Position numbers and translations under genes: made by a program. From NCBI GenBank assembly GCA_013239625.1, contig MU054212.1, forward strand, positions 7,042,270-7,106,269: 64,000 nucleotides of DNA, read 5' to 3'. Below, piece after piece: positions 40,521 to 54,320 of the stretch. Every line of letters begins with the position of its first letter. The stretch's first letter is position 1. This stretch comes from Lama guanicoe (taxonomy: Eukaryota). The notes beneath the pieces were generated by a model. It worked only from the letters and a program-made list of their open reading frames with translations, had not been told where the DNA came from and made no database searches.

Positions 40521-41130
40521 GGTAAAACACATGATATATTTACATTGAGAAAACTGCTAGGCTGAAATCCACAGACTATGAAAAGAGGAAAAATTGTAAA
40601 CTATTGTTGGCCTCAAAATCAAGCTAGATATTCCTAAGAGATGGAACAAAACAAAACTACAAAATGGTTCTAGAAGCAGAAGCCGTAAGCTTCCTGGGCT
40701 CCAGAAACCAACAGGAGCACCTGGAAATTAAACTATGTTAATTACTCATAGGGACTAAAAGTGCTCTTTAAGAGTCAGTGACCAGAGCCAAGCTTACTTC
40801 TAAAGCTTTGCCTACCACCTGTCCAACTTTTGAGTAGGTGCAAAAAATTTTAAAAACGTTGACCACTGGTTGAGGCTATGGCTTATATGAAACTGTTTTT
40901 AGAGGCAGTGAGAAGACGTAAGTGTGACCACTTGCCCAGATTTTGAACCAAGATACCATTAGGCTTATAGACGCTCTTGAAGGTATCTCCAGTACTGCCA
41001 CATAGCATGAAGCATGGAGTGGCAATAGAAGACTTGGGTTAGAGAGCTGAATCCTCAACTGCCAGGAGAGAAAGAAAAGCATGATGTGAGCATTTAACTC
41101 AAAAAAAAAAAAATTGCAAATCAAAACCAA

Positions 41131-41593
41131 TGTGAAATAAAATTCATACTTTATGACAAGACAAGAAAACTTCAAACAAAAAATCTTCTCTGACCTTTGG
41201 CCTCGTCTCTCCCCTCATGTGCATTGTGTGTCTGCATATGCCTCTATCAAACCTCCCCCATCAGCAGGAATAGCTGCTCAACCACAAAGAGCAACGTTCT
41301 TCTAGCATTAATAAGACAACTGCTTAAAAGATAACATTCCTTCTTGATCTTGTAAGGAGTCATATGACCCAACACAATGAAGCTTGGATCTTGATTATGT
41401 AAACGGTCGTTAATACATCATTTGATGTACAGCCCTCTTTCTCTAAAAACTTACAACTGTGCCTTGACTTCCAATGGGCGGAACGGTTCTCAGAGCTTTC
41501 TGAGATGCTCTTCCCAAGTTATAATCCTCAAATTTGGCTCAAATAAAACTTTCCACTTCTTTCTTAGATGAACTGGTTAATTTTTCATCGACA
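41131..41593 (+). mobile_element. ERV-type solo LTR, apparently younger and lineage-specific
   Basis: TG...CA ends; ggaacggttctcagagctttctgagatgctcttcccaagttataatcctcaaatttggctcaaataaaa (R region and poly(A) signal). Confidence 0.75.
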
Positions 41594-42107
41594 CTACAAA
41601 ACACAAAAGGAAAAAACAGTAAGAAAAAAACAACAAAATCATCAATTTGGAAGTGAATTTATTTCAAGCGAAATTAAAAAGTTAGAATGGTTTGGGTAAA
41701 ATATGACAAGTAAATGTGTTTAGAATCCTAAATGATATTCAACAAATATGTGAAATGCCTTTTCATTGGCAGACACAATTCTGGGTACTGAAAATAGAGT
41801 AGATAAAACAAGACAGAAAAATCATTACCTTCATGAAGGTTACATTTCAATGGGTGAGATAATTAAAGACATTATACTCATAAAAGTATGCAAGAAACTC
41901 TGAAATAGAACAAAAAACAATGAGTCTGAATGAGATTAATCAATTGAAGTGCTGAAAATAAGATAGTTATGACATTTTTTAATGCAAAAAGTGAATCAAC
42001 TCTAGATTGGACATGTGCAGAAATGCAACATCATTTAAAAACATGAAGAATTAGTTAAGAGATTGAGTAAATGTTGCTTCAATATATATCTAATAGAAGT
42101 CATAGAA

Positions 42108-42285
42108 CAGAGGTTAGAAAACTTTTTCTCTGAAGAGCCAGATGGTAAACATTTTAGGCTTTGCAAGCACATCTCAACCTTGTCATTGCAATGCAAAGCA
42201 GCTATAGACAATTCATAAGCAAAATATGGCTGTGTTCCAACAAAAGTTCATTTATAAAAACAGTCAACAAGCCACTTTTGCCCTC
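42108..42285. mobile_element. MER58-like element
   Basis: cagaggttagaaaactttttctctgaagagccagatggtaaacattttaggctttgc...atggctgtgttccaacaaaagttcatttataaaaacag. Confidence 0.8.
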
Positions 42286-42811
42286 AGGCTTAAATACTAA
42301 TCTCCATTTTAGAAGAAAAAGAAAGGGATTAGTAAGGAAGTAATATTTAAAGAGGTAAAGGTAAAGAATTTTGCAAGAGTAAAGAAATTCATTAGTACTC
42401 CATTCAGAAGGACTTTGAGAGCTAAGCATGAATAATAAGGATAAGTCAACACAAAGATACATGATGGCATAACTGCAAAATCTCAATGATAAAAAGAAAA
42501 AATCTTCAAAGCCACCTGAAGAAAAGAACCAATGATTTACAAAGGAGCAATAATTATACCTAGGGCAGTTTTCTTATCAGTTCAATCATGCCAGGAAAAA
42601 ATGGAATAATATATGCAAATTGTCAACCTAGACCTAAAATTTGATGCCTTACTAATTCTTACTTTAGAAGGAGGGCAAATTAAATCACTTTATGATGAAA
42701 AAAGATTAAGATAGCTTGGCAGTATTGGACATATACTAAAATCTATAAAGCATGAACTTCAGCAAGAAGAAAATCCAACACAGGATGAAGGAATGGGATT
42801 AAAAATATATA

Positions 42812-43347
42812 CAGTTGATTCCCTTTCAAATAGTTACGTTCTATAAAGTCACTGGGAATGCTCAATTCTTGAATACTGAACCATTGCTCATAAGGGAAAC
42901 ACGCATCTCTCTCACATAGATTATAATCTTAAATCCTAAATATTGCTCATTTTGGTGGATTTTATTTTCTTTATTTTACAAAAAGGAAAACAAGGTTCAG
43001 AAGTTTTAAATAACTTGCCTGAGGCCACCCCCACTAACAGATGCCAGACTGGGGACTCAAACCCCATCCATCCAACTCTAAGCCCAAGCTTCCTGCCCTT
43101 CACTACACTGCTCCCAACCCTCTCAGTCCTCTGGTCATTCTTGCAAGAGAGCTGAAGCAAGAATGCCCCAGCCTTGTATGACCCCCAGCTACAAATATGT
43201 ATCTTGATGGACTCAAATCTCTCACTACTATGTGCATGGCCACAAAAAAATAATGAAAGCCAAGAGTATGGATTTGGGGGTGACAGATAAATTTTAGTGA
43301 GTAGGCAAATTCACAATATGGAATCTGAAAACAATGAAGATGGACTG
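42812..43347. mobile_element. TcMar-Tigger element (MER82/Tigger9-like) with an internal MIR-like segment
   Basis: TA|cagttgatt ... gatggactg|TA; right end ataaattttagtgagtaggcaaattcacaatatggaatc is MER82-like; 42950-43110 is MIR-like. Confidence 0.75.
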
Positions 43348-43548
43348 TACATCCATCTATATGTATATTCAGTTATAACTGTATATTTAACTATTACTTG
43401 AAAAACAAATATGTGATGTATTCTGGTTTTGAAAAACATAAAATTAAAATTTCAGGCAGAAAAACAAGATAGAGTAGCATCTTTCATGAAATAAGTAGAT
43501 CATGTTAAATTGTATATCTCACTGGTGAATAAATTAGAGTTATCAAAT

Positions 43549-44086
43549 TGTGCAGAAAAGAGTTATCACAGTAAAGCTGAGACTGCGCCTCTTAGTTACT
43601 TGCAAGGTTTACTTCTGGCTGGCATCTAGGGACTACTGTTTTAGGAGGGTTCCCACCATTCCCTAAATGTTACAGTAACTCACTGGGCCCAAGTGTTTGT
43701 ACGGAACAATGTGATTTATACTGAACACCTGCTTTCTTCATGGGAGTCGAGAACTTTAATACATGGCGGGCAGATTTTTTTCTAAAAAAATCTAGGCACT
43801 GAGTTTCTAATGAGTCTCCTTGGTAGACAACATTTCACTCACTCCTATAATTACAACTCTTTGCTGGAGGAATTAAGTGATCCTTTGTGACGTCACTGGG
43901 AGAGGACTCTTGGATGCTTGTGCCCAGTTTCCTGCAGACTTCACCCCGAGTGCCTTCCCCCTGTGTTGATTCTGCCTTATATCCTCTGGCTGTACTGTCA
44001 GTAAACCATAGCCATGAGATGAGTATGTGATGAGTTCTCCTAGTGAATTTCCAAATCTGCAGGTGGTTTCAGGGACCACCAAATAC
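43549..44086 (+). mobile_element. MER68-like ERVL LTR
   Basis: tgcagaaaagagttatcacag..ctgagactg; ctggaggaattaagtg..cctttgtgac..cactgggagaggactcttgga. Confidence 0.8.
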
Positions 44087-46448
44087 GAGGTGAGCTACAA
44101 TTTGCCCAGTTCCCTGCCTTGGAGACCTTTCTCTCTGGTGGCACAGTGGGCAGAAACACAAGTGTGGTGCCATCTCACTGGGCTGAGAAGCAAGAACTTG
44201 TTCAAGGCTACTGGGCAATTAAATCTGTGGATCAAGGTAGTAGAAAACGAAAAGCTGCCTTAAGTAGGCACATATCTGTACTTCTACTAGGGAATTGATA
44301 GGCGTTGGAGTCACTGAAAAAAATCCTTAAAGAGAGATTATAGTAATTTAACAGCCATGAAGACTCATTGCCAAACACAAGTTTATTCAGAGTTCATAGA
44401 ATAGAGACATGCATGGTCCCTGAGCAGTAAGGGCTTAGCCAGGGAAGAACTAGGAAAAGTATAAGATGGAAGCAAGAGAGTAAAGAATGAACCCTGATAG
44501 ACCCCGATAGAGAGTTCCCAGATATTGAAAATGCCTGTTTTTAACCACGAGTAGTAGCTGGCATGGGGGAGTAGCCTGCAGTTGGTAAGTGGGGAAGCTG
44601 ATACAGCAAAACATGCCATCCTTTGATTAAATTTTCTGTGTGAATTCATGATCTGGCACTGTTTCCATCTCACATTTTATGGTTTTTCCTTTGTTGTCAG
44701 TTTCCTATATTATCCATGCAATAGGACATATTATATGAAAATTTGTTGAAATTATGCAGTTTATGAAGTTCAGTGAATCAACTCCTCCTATGCTTTACCC
44801 CCAGCTCCCTCTTGAACTCAGATCCAAACTGTCTAATACTCTTGAGTATCTCCACAAACTCATAAGTTGAATATATTCAAATCACACTGAGTATCTTCCC
44901 TAAACCTGCTTCCTGTTGTGATTACTACAAATTAATATTCATAGTATGTACAACTCAAGCCTTTGAGTCACATCTGAAGACTCCAAAAAGTCAAAATCTA
45001 AAAGACATGGAGCCACGTTTGAAGACTTCTTGCTTCATCGCCTGCCATCCTACCCTGCTCAGCATCCCATTGGTTGCCAAGTCATGTAGGTGCTATTCCA
45101 TACTCCATAATCCTGACAGACTAATGTTCCCAAAGCACAGCTCTAACCACATCATTTCCCTGCTCCCAGACCACTCTTCACCTAGTGCACATTACTTTAA
45201 TTGAAGAGGAACTATGAAAAAATAAACAGCCTCGTATACTAAATTTATAATCCTAAATATAGCAAGGGCAGTAATGTTGCAAGAACCTTGAATCATCACA
45301 GCACTTTAGGTTCAGGAAAGCACTGAGTACTATTAAGCCACTAATGAAGTACAGTAGACAAATTCAGTTACAGCACAAAATGGCAGTAGTAGAAATAATG
45401 GCAGCCGATTTAAAAGGTAAATAGTAAATTTTGCTCCCAGCAGACTTTGGTTCCTGTTTGTCTGTTCTCAAAGTCATCAAAGATATATGCAAATCGTGTG
45501 TGCACACACCTGTGTGTGCCTGTGTGTGTGGAGAGAAAGAGAGAAGAGAGAGAATTTCATTTATTTTTAGTAATCTGTTTTGCTCACAACAGTGCCCCCT
45601 GGTAGAAATACTTTGATTTAAGAGGACAAAGAATATATCATCAGGCAAATTCATTTGGGATAAACGGGTTTCTCTGTGCATAATAAAAACATTAATTCAC
45701 TGGAAATATAATATATATTTTTAATATTATAGTTATAAAGTCATCCTGCATTAGTGTTCCATGTTAAATAAAGGAGAGAGGGAGGAAAATGAGCTAGAAA
45801 AAGCTACATTTCTATTTAACTTTTTGGAGTAATGTAAAGAAACAGAGGTCTCTTTAAGAGCAGATCATATTTGAATTGGTGCTAATTCATGTGATGGTGT
45901 TCATGTGAGCTGAATTCCCCATGCCACTCAACAACCATTTTATTTATCCATTTTTAGTTCCCTTTTCTCATGCACATCATGACTACTCACCTAAAGCTAC
46001 CTCCATAATGTGTAAATCCTTAACTCCCTTGCTAATTAATTAGGGGGAAAAGGTGAGAGGTTCCAGCAAAAACATCCTCAAATTTCTGCCATTTTTCTTC
46101 CAGAAAATCACTCACACCCACACTCCTCCTGCTCTTCTTCCTTCCTATATATGACCATGAGTATTCTTCCCATTCTAGATCAATTCCTCCAGTTGAGTTT
46201 TCCTTTATTTTTATAAATAATTCATTCTTATGGAAAAAGCAATACATCCATGTTAAAATAAAAATGTTAAACTACATTGTAAAAATAACATCAACATAAA
46301 ACAATCTTCTTACATTAGATCCTTAGTGCCCATCCCCTAATAAGTTCTTTGAAGTCTTCAAAATATTTAATAACTTTTTACACAAGTGAGGGCATACTGG
46401 TGTGCCTTTAGATAGAGCATGCTCTGTTCCTGTGTCTTCGGCCTTTCC

Positions 46449-46453
<5 letters not shown>

Positions 46454-46502
<49 letters not shown>
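46454..46502. repeat. Pure poly(T) tract, 49 nt
   Basis: Seen directly. Confidence 0.95.
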
Positions 46503-49500
46503 CTTCATAGCCTCCTCTACTTGACTCTAGTTTCTGTTTTAATAGTCTTCTGCTCTGCCATTACCACTCCTTCCAAAGTACAGACTCTCACTGAAATGTG
46601 TACATTAGATATACTTTAACAACCACCTATTGTTTGACATTTACAAGCTTTTATCTTTAAGCAAGTATGAAATCCTGTAAAAGTAGCAAATATGGAATAT
46701 ACACTTAGGATGTACCTAAGTCTTCAAACTTATCCTATCCAAAACTGAACTCATCTTTAAGAAATGCCTTAAAGTTTAAAAGTCACAGCTGTTGCTACCC
46801 TGGCCTTGGGATTTTTGACAATAGGGTCTCCTCAAAAAGACTTATTAGGTTTTTATTTTATTTGTGCCTTGTCATTTTTAAGTACTTAACCAACATGGAT
46901 GAGGTCTAAACATAGTCAATAAACCTAAAGAATCTGATCTTCAATCTGCAGACCATTATACCTATCTATCATCTGCTTCATTTGCTTAGTGGCCATTAAC
47001 TAGGTGCACTTTAAAAGTGTAGTACTTAGTGGGAAGGCAATACTTTAATCTCATTTTTTGCTACTTGGGACCCCAATCTCATATCCTGCCAAGGTGGTGA
47101 CTTTGCTGCCTCTGCTGGTATCAGTTTCAGCCTGGAGTAGAAAATTTGGTGGCTGTTGTTTTTTCCTCCCCAACATTTAAGGTTTCAATTTACCTATTCA
47201 GCAAACTTAAAAAGGCTTTATTTTCCGACCTTTCTGCTTTCAGACAGGCTATCTGTATTCTGAGTTTAACCACTTCTTGTAGGACATGGCTGAAAATCAT
47301 TAAGAAATAACTATAAGCTGCCAGTCTTTTGAATTTTTCCATACGTAAGCTAATGAAGCATTACAAGCTTCACCCAGCACCAAGTTCACCTGACTTTGAA
47401 AAAAGATAAAGGACAGGAAATGGTAAAGCATGCACAGCAAGAGCAGAGCAGAAGTCTCCTGACACCCAGACACAGCTTTCAGTTTCCCAGTCATTCCTAC
47501 TCGGCTGGACTGCACTAGTCCCAGCTCTCTGGGCAGCTTTATCTCGTCAGTACCAGAGATCATTAATCTCAGTGAAGAAGTAGAAAAGCTTGTTCCAATA
47601 TACAGAACTTGACCCAATTCTCCTTCATCTTGGGTCAAGTATAGATAACCTACTAAGAATTCCTTGAGTTAATGTTGCAAGAGGATTTGCCAAGAGTCAT
47701 CAGATGAAACTTGAGGAAAGGCTACAGAACCAGCCATGAACTTTCCCTTTCATCTTTTCTCTTAAGTCTCCAATCAAGATTAGCACACATGCCCAGCGTC
47801 CAATATAGTAAGATAAGTATACTTTAAAAGGATCACACATTTTTGAGCTTCAAATATTTGTCTTTCTGCCCACTTTCCTATCACCTTCAATTAGTCAAAA
47901 CCATATTTATTCGGTGTGTTTTTTCTGTATTTTCCAAATTTTCTACCAAGAAAAATATTACTTTGAAATATATCTTTTAGTAGAATTATATAGAATTTTA
48001 GAGATAACTTTTGTGAAAATGCCAAGAAGTCATTAGATCTAGAGGTAACAAAAGAAATAGAAACCTATATAATGAGAGATAAGCCTAACAAGAAGCTATT
48101 TCTCTTATACAGATAAACAGGATATACAGATATATATCTGTATATAGTGTATATATGCATGTATACATATATACAAAGAAAATACTTTCTAATTAAACAT
48201 ATGTTTAATATATGTAAATATATATGTATTTCTCTCAATTTTTCAACATAATTACAACTCTTGAAATCATTTCTCTAATTTAACACTCTCTGCCCCTTAT
48301 TAAAACCAAAATTAATTCTCATTCCCCAGATTTTATTTCTTTAGTTGCCAAAATTATTATCTCATAATTATTTTATACTCACAGAAAGTATCTTATTATC
48401 TTTTTCCATTCTGATTTAACACTATACTATTTCTTTTTGTTTTTCCTACTCCACTGAACTCATCACTTAAGCTGCATTTACTAATTAGGTAATGACATTT
48501 GTGATTGGTTCATAAACATGTATTTTTCTTTCACTGTTGATGAAAGATACTGACACTTCCTTATGTGAGCTAAGATTTGATGTAGGAAATAGAGAAATAT
48601 ACCAAAAATTAGAATGCAGAGGGATACATATGATAAATGAGAGAGGTATGTGCATCTAACTAGGGCTGGATGGAGAGTGATTCTAGAAGGAGGAGGGAAG
48701 GGTGGTAAGAAGGGTGATCTCTGATGTGATGTTTAGAATTTCATTTAAGCAAAATTTATGCAGGGTCCATTATAATAAAGATAACTGTCAGTATAGTTCT
48801 GTATTGAAAGGTTCTTAAATTCCTCTTAAGAGAGAGAGCAATGCCACTTGCTTATCACTACTAGCTTTTGTCAACAAAGGCAATAAAGTCTAGATGCTTT
48901 GCTTTAGCGGGTTATGACCAATATAAGCCCACAAATAAATCAGTTTTTGAACTTTATGAATTTCCTGTTTTGATTATGTCAAAACATTAAAGTGGTTCTG
49001 TCTTAGATCAATTCCTAGTTTCTGGAATGACGACCAAATTTCAACAGGCATTGATTGAATTATGCTCTTTAATTTTACTTTGAGTGTTGATACTGTAGTT
49101 TGGTTTCAGTTAAGATCCCAGTTTATTCAGATAGTATTTAATTAGAAGAATGAGAAAAAACTGGAGGCTATATTCTCAGCATCAATAGAAAACAAAATGT
49201 GTTGTTTTTGCAGCCAAATCACAAACACTGGGTTGGTTACAAAGAAAAGCTCTTACATTTAGCATAGAAAATACTGTTCTGTAGATAATTTGTTTAACTT
49301 TCTCTCAACTTTCTGCCCACATATTGAATAAGAAATCTAGAATCTAAAATATGATCTGAGGTGGAGCATGTAGAGCATAAATTAATTGTTGAATGATTTC
49401 ATTGGGCAAAAATTAATGGTTGGGATTCAAGGAGGCATTTTTATTCTAGGCTGCTGCTTTTTGTCTGTATACTGTTAATTGCAGACATATAGCAAATGGG

Positions 49501-50034
49501 CTTAACTTTGTGCCAACAGAACCTTTTTATGAGAGTAAGGAAGAAAATGCCCTTCACTGGCTCAAAATGTCAGAGAACTCTGGCATTTAACCTCTGGACT
49601 ATGGCTTAACCAACTCACATGGAGAAAGGAACCACAGAAAAAGCTTATCAGAAGTTATAAATTGTGTCAAGATAAATCTTTGAGTGTTGGCACCTTTGTC
49701 CATGTGTTTAAATTACTTGAAAACGTTTTTGTAGGTGAGCATGACCTTGATGAATTAGATCATGAAAAAAAAGGCTGTGAAGGTTTTTTTCTCTTAAACA
49801 GCAATTTTCATATTAACACAAGTGTGACCTATTTAAAGAGGAACAAATTAGTAAGGAAAGGAAGACTATAATTCAAATAAATTACCTAAAATCTTTACTT
49901 TAAAACAAACTTTATGAAATATCCTTAGTCACTCTTGAAGATGAAGTAGTTTCTCTTTCTTTTTCAACTGGATTCCCATTTTTACAAGGGGAAAACAGGG
50001 CACTGAATAAGGCTTAAATATCACATGAACAGGA

Positions 50035-50150
50035 GATGCATTTTTAATGTAAGTATGTCCAGGCCAGTATTTGGGAGATAGTTACTAAAATAGTACTTGT
50101 TGTTTATGTGAAACTTAAATTTAACTAGTGTCTTTTATTTTACCAATTTA
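50035..50150. mobile_element. MER53-like hAT fragment
   Basis: taagtatgtcc...ttgttgtttatgtgaaacttaaatttaact. Confidence 0.6.
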
Positions 50151-51370
50151 CTGATTTATATCTGAACCTTTCACCCATCTGGAATATGTTCAGTTATAGG
50201 ATAGAGATTTGGATTGATGTATATTCACATAGGTGGCCAATTGTGGTATCACAGTTTACTGAGTAAATGTTATTCTTCCAATCATCTTTGTCATACTTTA
50301 AATTTCTATTTATAAATAACTTAGATTCATTTACAGCTATTCTTGGGTAAAAATCATGCTATGTCTGTTGCCCTGGCTTTATAACCAATGTTTAATCCTA
50401 TTAAATCAGTTTATCTTCACTATTTTCATTATTATTTGGCACTTCCCTAACACTTAGTTCTTTATATGAAACTTGAAATCCTTTACTCATTCAAAACCCC
50501 ATAAAATTTGTAGGGATTCTGTTCTTAAAAAATTGAATTTACGTGTTTATTTTTCTCAGGTTTTGCTTTATGCTCAATTCTATTTTATAAAGGACTTTAT
50601 AAATGTTATACATACCACCTTAAATTTATCCTAGGTATTTTATAGCTTTTATTCCAACATTGCATGAATTATTTTTGCCATTTGCTTTCCTGGGTGTTTC
50701 TTAGTTGTATGGAGAAAACATGTTGACATGTATATATTTATTTTATATATAGCCAGTGTACTAATTTTTAAATTCATTCTGAGAAGTTTTATTAATCTCT
50801 TGTTTAAGTATGGAATCACAGAATTAGCCATCTTCTTGTGTGGATTTCCTTCTCTAATTACATTAGCTAAGACCGCCCAACAATACTGAGTCATGGAAGT
50901 AATAGTGAGTCTTCCTGGATGTTCTGATCGTCAGAATTTAGTTAGAGTTTGTTACTGCCTTTTTGAATATGCACTTTATAATTTTAATATTCTTTTATTC
51001 CCATTTTAAGATTTTGTTCAAAGTGATCAATACATTGTACCAAATGTCTTCAGTATCTGATGACATAATCAAGAAACATTAAAATCATGAACCCTGATGA
51101 AAAATTTCTTGGTATTGAATCATCTTTGCATTTCCAGAATAAATCCCATTTTATTCTCATTGTTTTTAAATGCACTGCTCTGTTTTAGTTTGCAAACATT
51201 TTATACAGAACTTTTGCATCTATATTCATAATTGACATCAGTGTCGTGCTTTGTTTGGATTTGGGGAATTAGCATTATATCAGCTTTATTGAATAAACTG
51301 AAAAATATTTTTTATTTTTATGCATGGTCTGATCTAGGTTAAATAATAGAAGTTATAGCTGTTTTAAATA
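50150..51370 (-). mobile_element. Ancient L1 ORF2 remnant
   Basis: ttaaatttatcctaggtatttt; ttgaatcatctttgcatttccagaataaatcccatt; tttgcatctatattcat. Confidence 0.8.
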
Positions 51371-51709
51371 GAAATATATGTATGGGAATTTATTATATAT
51401 ATATGGATGACATTTCTCACTGGGAAATAAATATTAATAAATAATATTGCAATAAATGGTTAGTCATCAGAGAAATAATTTGCTCTTTATGTATTTTCAA
51501 AGGATTGAAGATTTAAATGTACAATAAATAAAACCATAAACATACTAGAGATAGACATGAAGGGTGGGTAACAGTTGTTGTTATAGTCTACTTATCTGAA
51601 GAAGGGAAAGCCTTTCAAAGTATCACAATAAAAAGAGAAGCAGAAAAACATTAAAACTGGAAAATTTGACCCCCCCCAAAATGAAAATTTCTTTATGGCA
51701 AAAATTGTC

Positions 51710-52400
51710 TTTGTGAGTCAGTGTCCAGCAGAAAGCAGAATTCAACTCAGGTGAGTTCGGAATAAGTCTTTAATAAATGAACTACCTATGGAAGAAGGGT
51801 AGGGTTGAGGGAAACAATAAGGAGGGGTTGAAGCAACCAGAGACCAGTATGGTACCAATCTTGTAACTCAGGGTCTCATGATCTGCATCAGATCTGGATG
51901 TGGCTCTTAATCTAGAGATCCATGAAGTAAGAAGAATTTATCTGTCCCCACACACCCTAAATGCAATAGTAAGATAGGAATAGAATAACCACTATAGACA
52001 CTCCCTTCAAAGTGAGAGGAATGGGAGGCACTAAGCAGTCCCTGGTTCATTCTGAATTCTGAAATCCACTTGGAAAAATATTGCAAGGTTCCCTTCCTCT
52101 GAGGACATGGAATGCATCTTAAGGCCAGGTTCTGCTGCCTAGAAATGGCTCCCTAGTCTATTGTTCTGTTTGTATCACAGTTTTGCCCTTTTGACTCTTG
52201 ACTCAGCCCTCTGAGATGTCCTTCCTTCCTGTGGATAATTGCATAAGAATTACCCCCTGTGTGCATAGGAAAAGCTTTAAGTTCATTAGAGCAAGTCGGT
52301 ACCCTTCCTACTAGTACAATCTCCTAAAGCTTCATAGGCTTTCTATGTATTAGATTACTTTTCAGATAAATTCCCCTCATTTAGACAAAAGCTATATCCA
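51710..52400 (-). mobile_element. MaLR LTR and internal sequence remnants
   Basis: tggtaccaa junction motif at ~51850, then gataggaatagaataaccactatagacactccc...gaggaatgggaggca (MLT-int-like). Confidence 0.6.
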
Positions 52401-52599
52401 CACAAGCTTAAAAACATATCTTTAAAAGGTAGATTTAAAGTTATCTTTCTGATGTAATAAAAGTAATTGATCTAATCAGATTTTATCTTGGGTCTGTTTT
52501 TTCAAATCATCTTTATGGAAGTATAATTTACATACAATAAAATGTACTTCCTATTTGCTTATTAATGGACTGAGCATACTCTGCAGCTGGAGGAAGCCT

Positions 52600-52825
52600 T
52601 CAGGCAGAGATAAGAAACTTCAGCTTGTGAGAAGTGGAAAGCACTTTTCCTGTTGGCTTCACCTCTGCCACTGGCCCCTGAGCTCAGGCCAGGCATAGGA
52701 AAAGCAAAGTTCCACACCTGCCTTGCCATCCAGATCTTGTAGTATTATTCAAACTAATAGACTAAGCCAGTTCCTGAGCTGACTGTGATAGTTCTCCAGA
52801 GAGTGATTAAGAAAAAGATAATTGG
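52600..52825 (+). repeat. Left arm of a ~225-bp inverted repeat (partner 54321-54542)
   Basis: tcaggcagagataagaaactt...gagtgattaagaaaaagataattgg is the reverse complement of 54321-54542, about 90% identical by eye. Confidence 0.95.
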
Positions 52826-52849
52826 ATACGGCATAGACTTGTTTCTTTC

Positions 52850-54320
52850 TACTCCTTCCAGCCAAATACAATTATTAACTTGAAAATTATACAACAGGCA
52901 AAGAATAGAGAACTCTGAAAGATGTGAGAGGAAGGCAAACTAGTTAGGGACCCCTGAACTTGAGGAACAAAACAGCAATATGGCATCATATTGACTCCCC
53001 ACCCAGTAGATAAGGACAGTCTAGTTCCAGCATTCATGACCCTCAACCTTGCAACAGTAGGCTCCACAGAGAAACTGATTCCATGGCAAGATGAGTAGGG
53101 GACACAGAGTCATCACATGGTCAAGACCCTTGACCCCAGCTGGGCACCCCACAAATGGGAGGATAATTACAATTACAGAGGTTCCCCTCAAAGGGTGAGA
53201 GGTCTGAGCCCGACACTGGACTCCCCAGCCTGGGTCCTGCACCAGGAACACAAGCCCCTAAAATGGCTTTCAAAGCAGAGGGGCTTGCATATGGGAGAGC
53301 AGGAGGGCTGCAGAAAACAGAGACTCCATTCTTAAAGGGCATGTGTCAGGCCAGGCAGCTAGTAAGGCAGGGACACTGCCCCGCCCAACAACTGACCAGT
53401 TGCCTTAGGACCCCCTGCACTGGCTACACCCCCTCCCACCTTGGGCTAGTGGACTGGCACTAAGCCCTTGATCCAACCTCACATACCATAGGGTGGGCAC
53501 CAGCTGCAGCATCACCTGGGCCACAGCATCACCGCTCTTGGATAATCACCAATTCCAGGATCTCCAGGGCCCTGTAACCAGAGACCCTGGGAATTGGATC
53601 TGCCCACCAGTGGTCCAGTACTAGCCATGGGCCCCCTTGGGCCCTGTCACCAATGACCAGTGTGCTGAAACCAGCTCTAGGAACCCCAACCCCCACAGCC
53701 AGAGACCCCAGAACCCAGCTACACCCATCAATGGGCCGGCACTAGCCTGAGGATCCAGTCTCATCACTAACGGGCAGGCACTAGCACTGGGCCCTGGCAC
53801 CACCAGCAATAGGCAGATACCAGCTCCAGGACACCCTGGGTCTCTCATACAGATGTGTCGGGATCCAGGCCCACCAACCAGTGAGCTGTCACCAGCTCTG
53901 GGTGATCCCAGATCCCACGCCAGCCATATTAAGAATTAGCCCCATCCCACCAGCAGGCTGACACAAGTCCTAGGACCCCCCTGGGCCATAGCCATGCCCA
54001 TCAGCAGGTCAACACTAGCTCCAAGATGCCCAGCCCCCGAGCCCCACAGCTAGCCACTCTGAGACCTAGCTCCACCCACCAGTGGACCAGCACTAGCCAC
54101 AGGACACGTAAGGACTCTATAGCCAATTGCCTTGCAACCCAGCCCCACCTACCTGTGGGCCAGCACCAGGACCAGGACATGGCCCCACCCACCAGCAACT
54201 GGCAGCCACTGCAAAAGGCAGGACCTGGCGACCAACCAGATAGAGGGCCAGCCATGCCTACCACCACACTGACAGTAGTGAATCTGCTACAACAGAAGGA
54301 CCCCCACAGCCCGAAAGTGA
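52850..54320 (+). mobile_element. L1 5' region (Laurasiatherian-type 5' UTR with degenerate tandem monomers)
   Basis: gggtgagaggtctgagcccgacactggactccccagcc; agaaaacagagactccattcttaaagggc; about 8 copies of a cccaccagyrggcyrgcacyagc motif at 53600-54100. Confidence 0.8.

Noticed and set aside
46323..46619. Poly-Lys and poly-Phe ORFs
   Set aside because: Artefacts of the poly(T) tract.
47300..47740. 112-aa ORF and protein-like plus-strand frames
   Set aside because: No recognisable homology, no ATG start, and no convincing splice structure.
48122..48209. Perfect palindromes (24 bp atatacagatatatatctgtatat; 18 bp attaaacatatgtttaat)
   Set aside because: Lie in TA-rich low-complexity sequence where palindromes arise easily.
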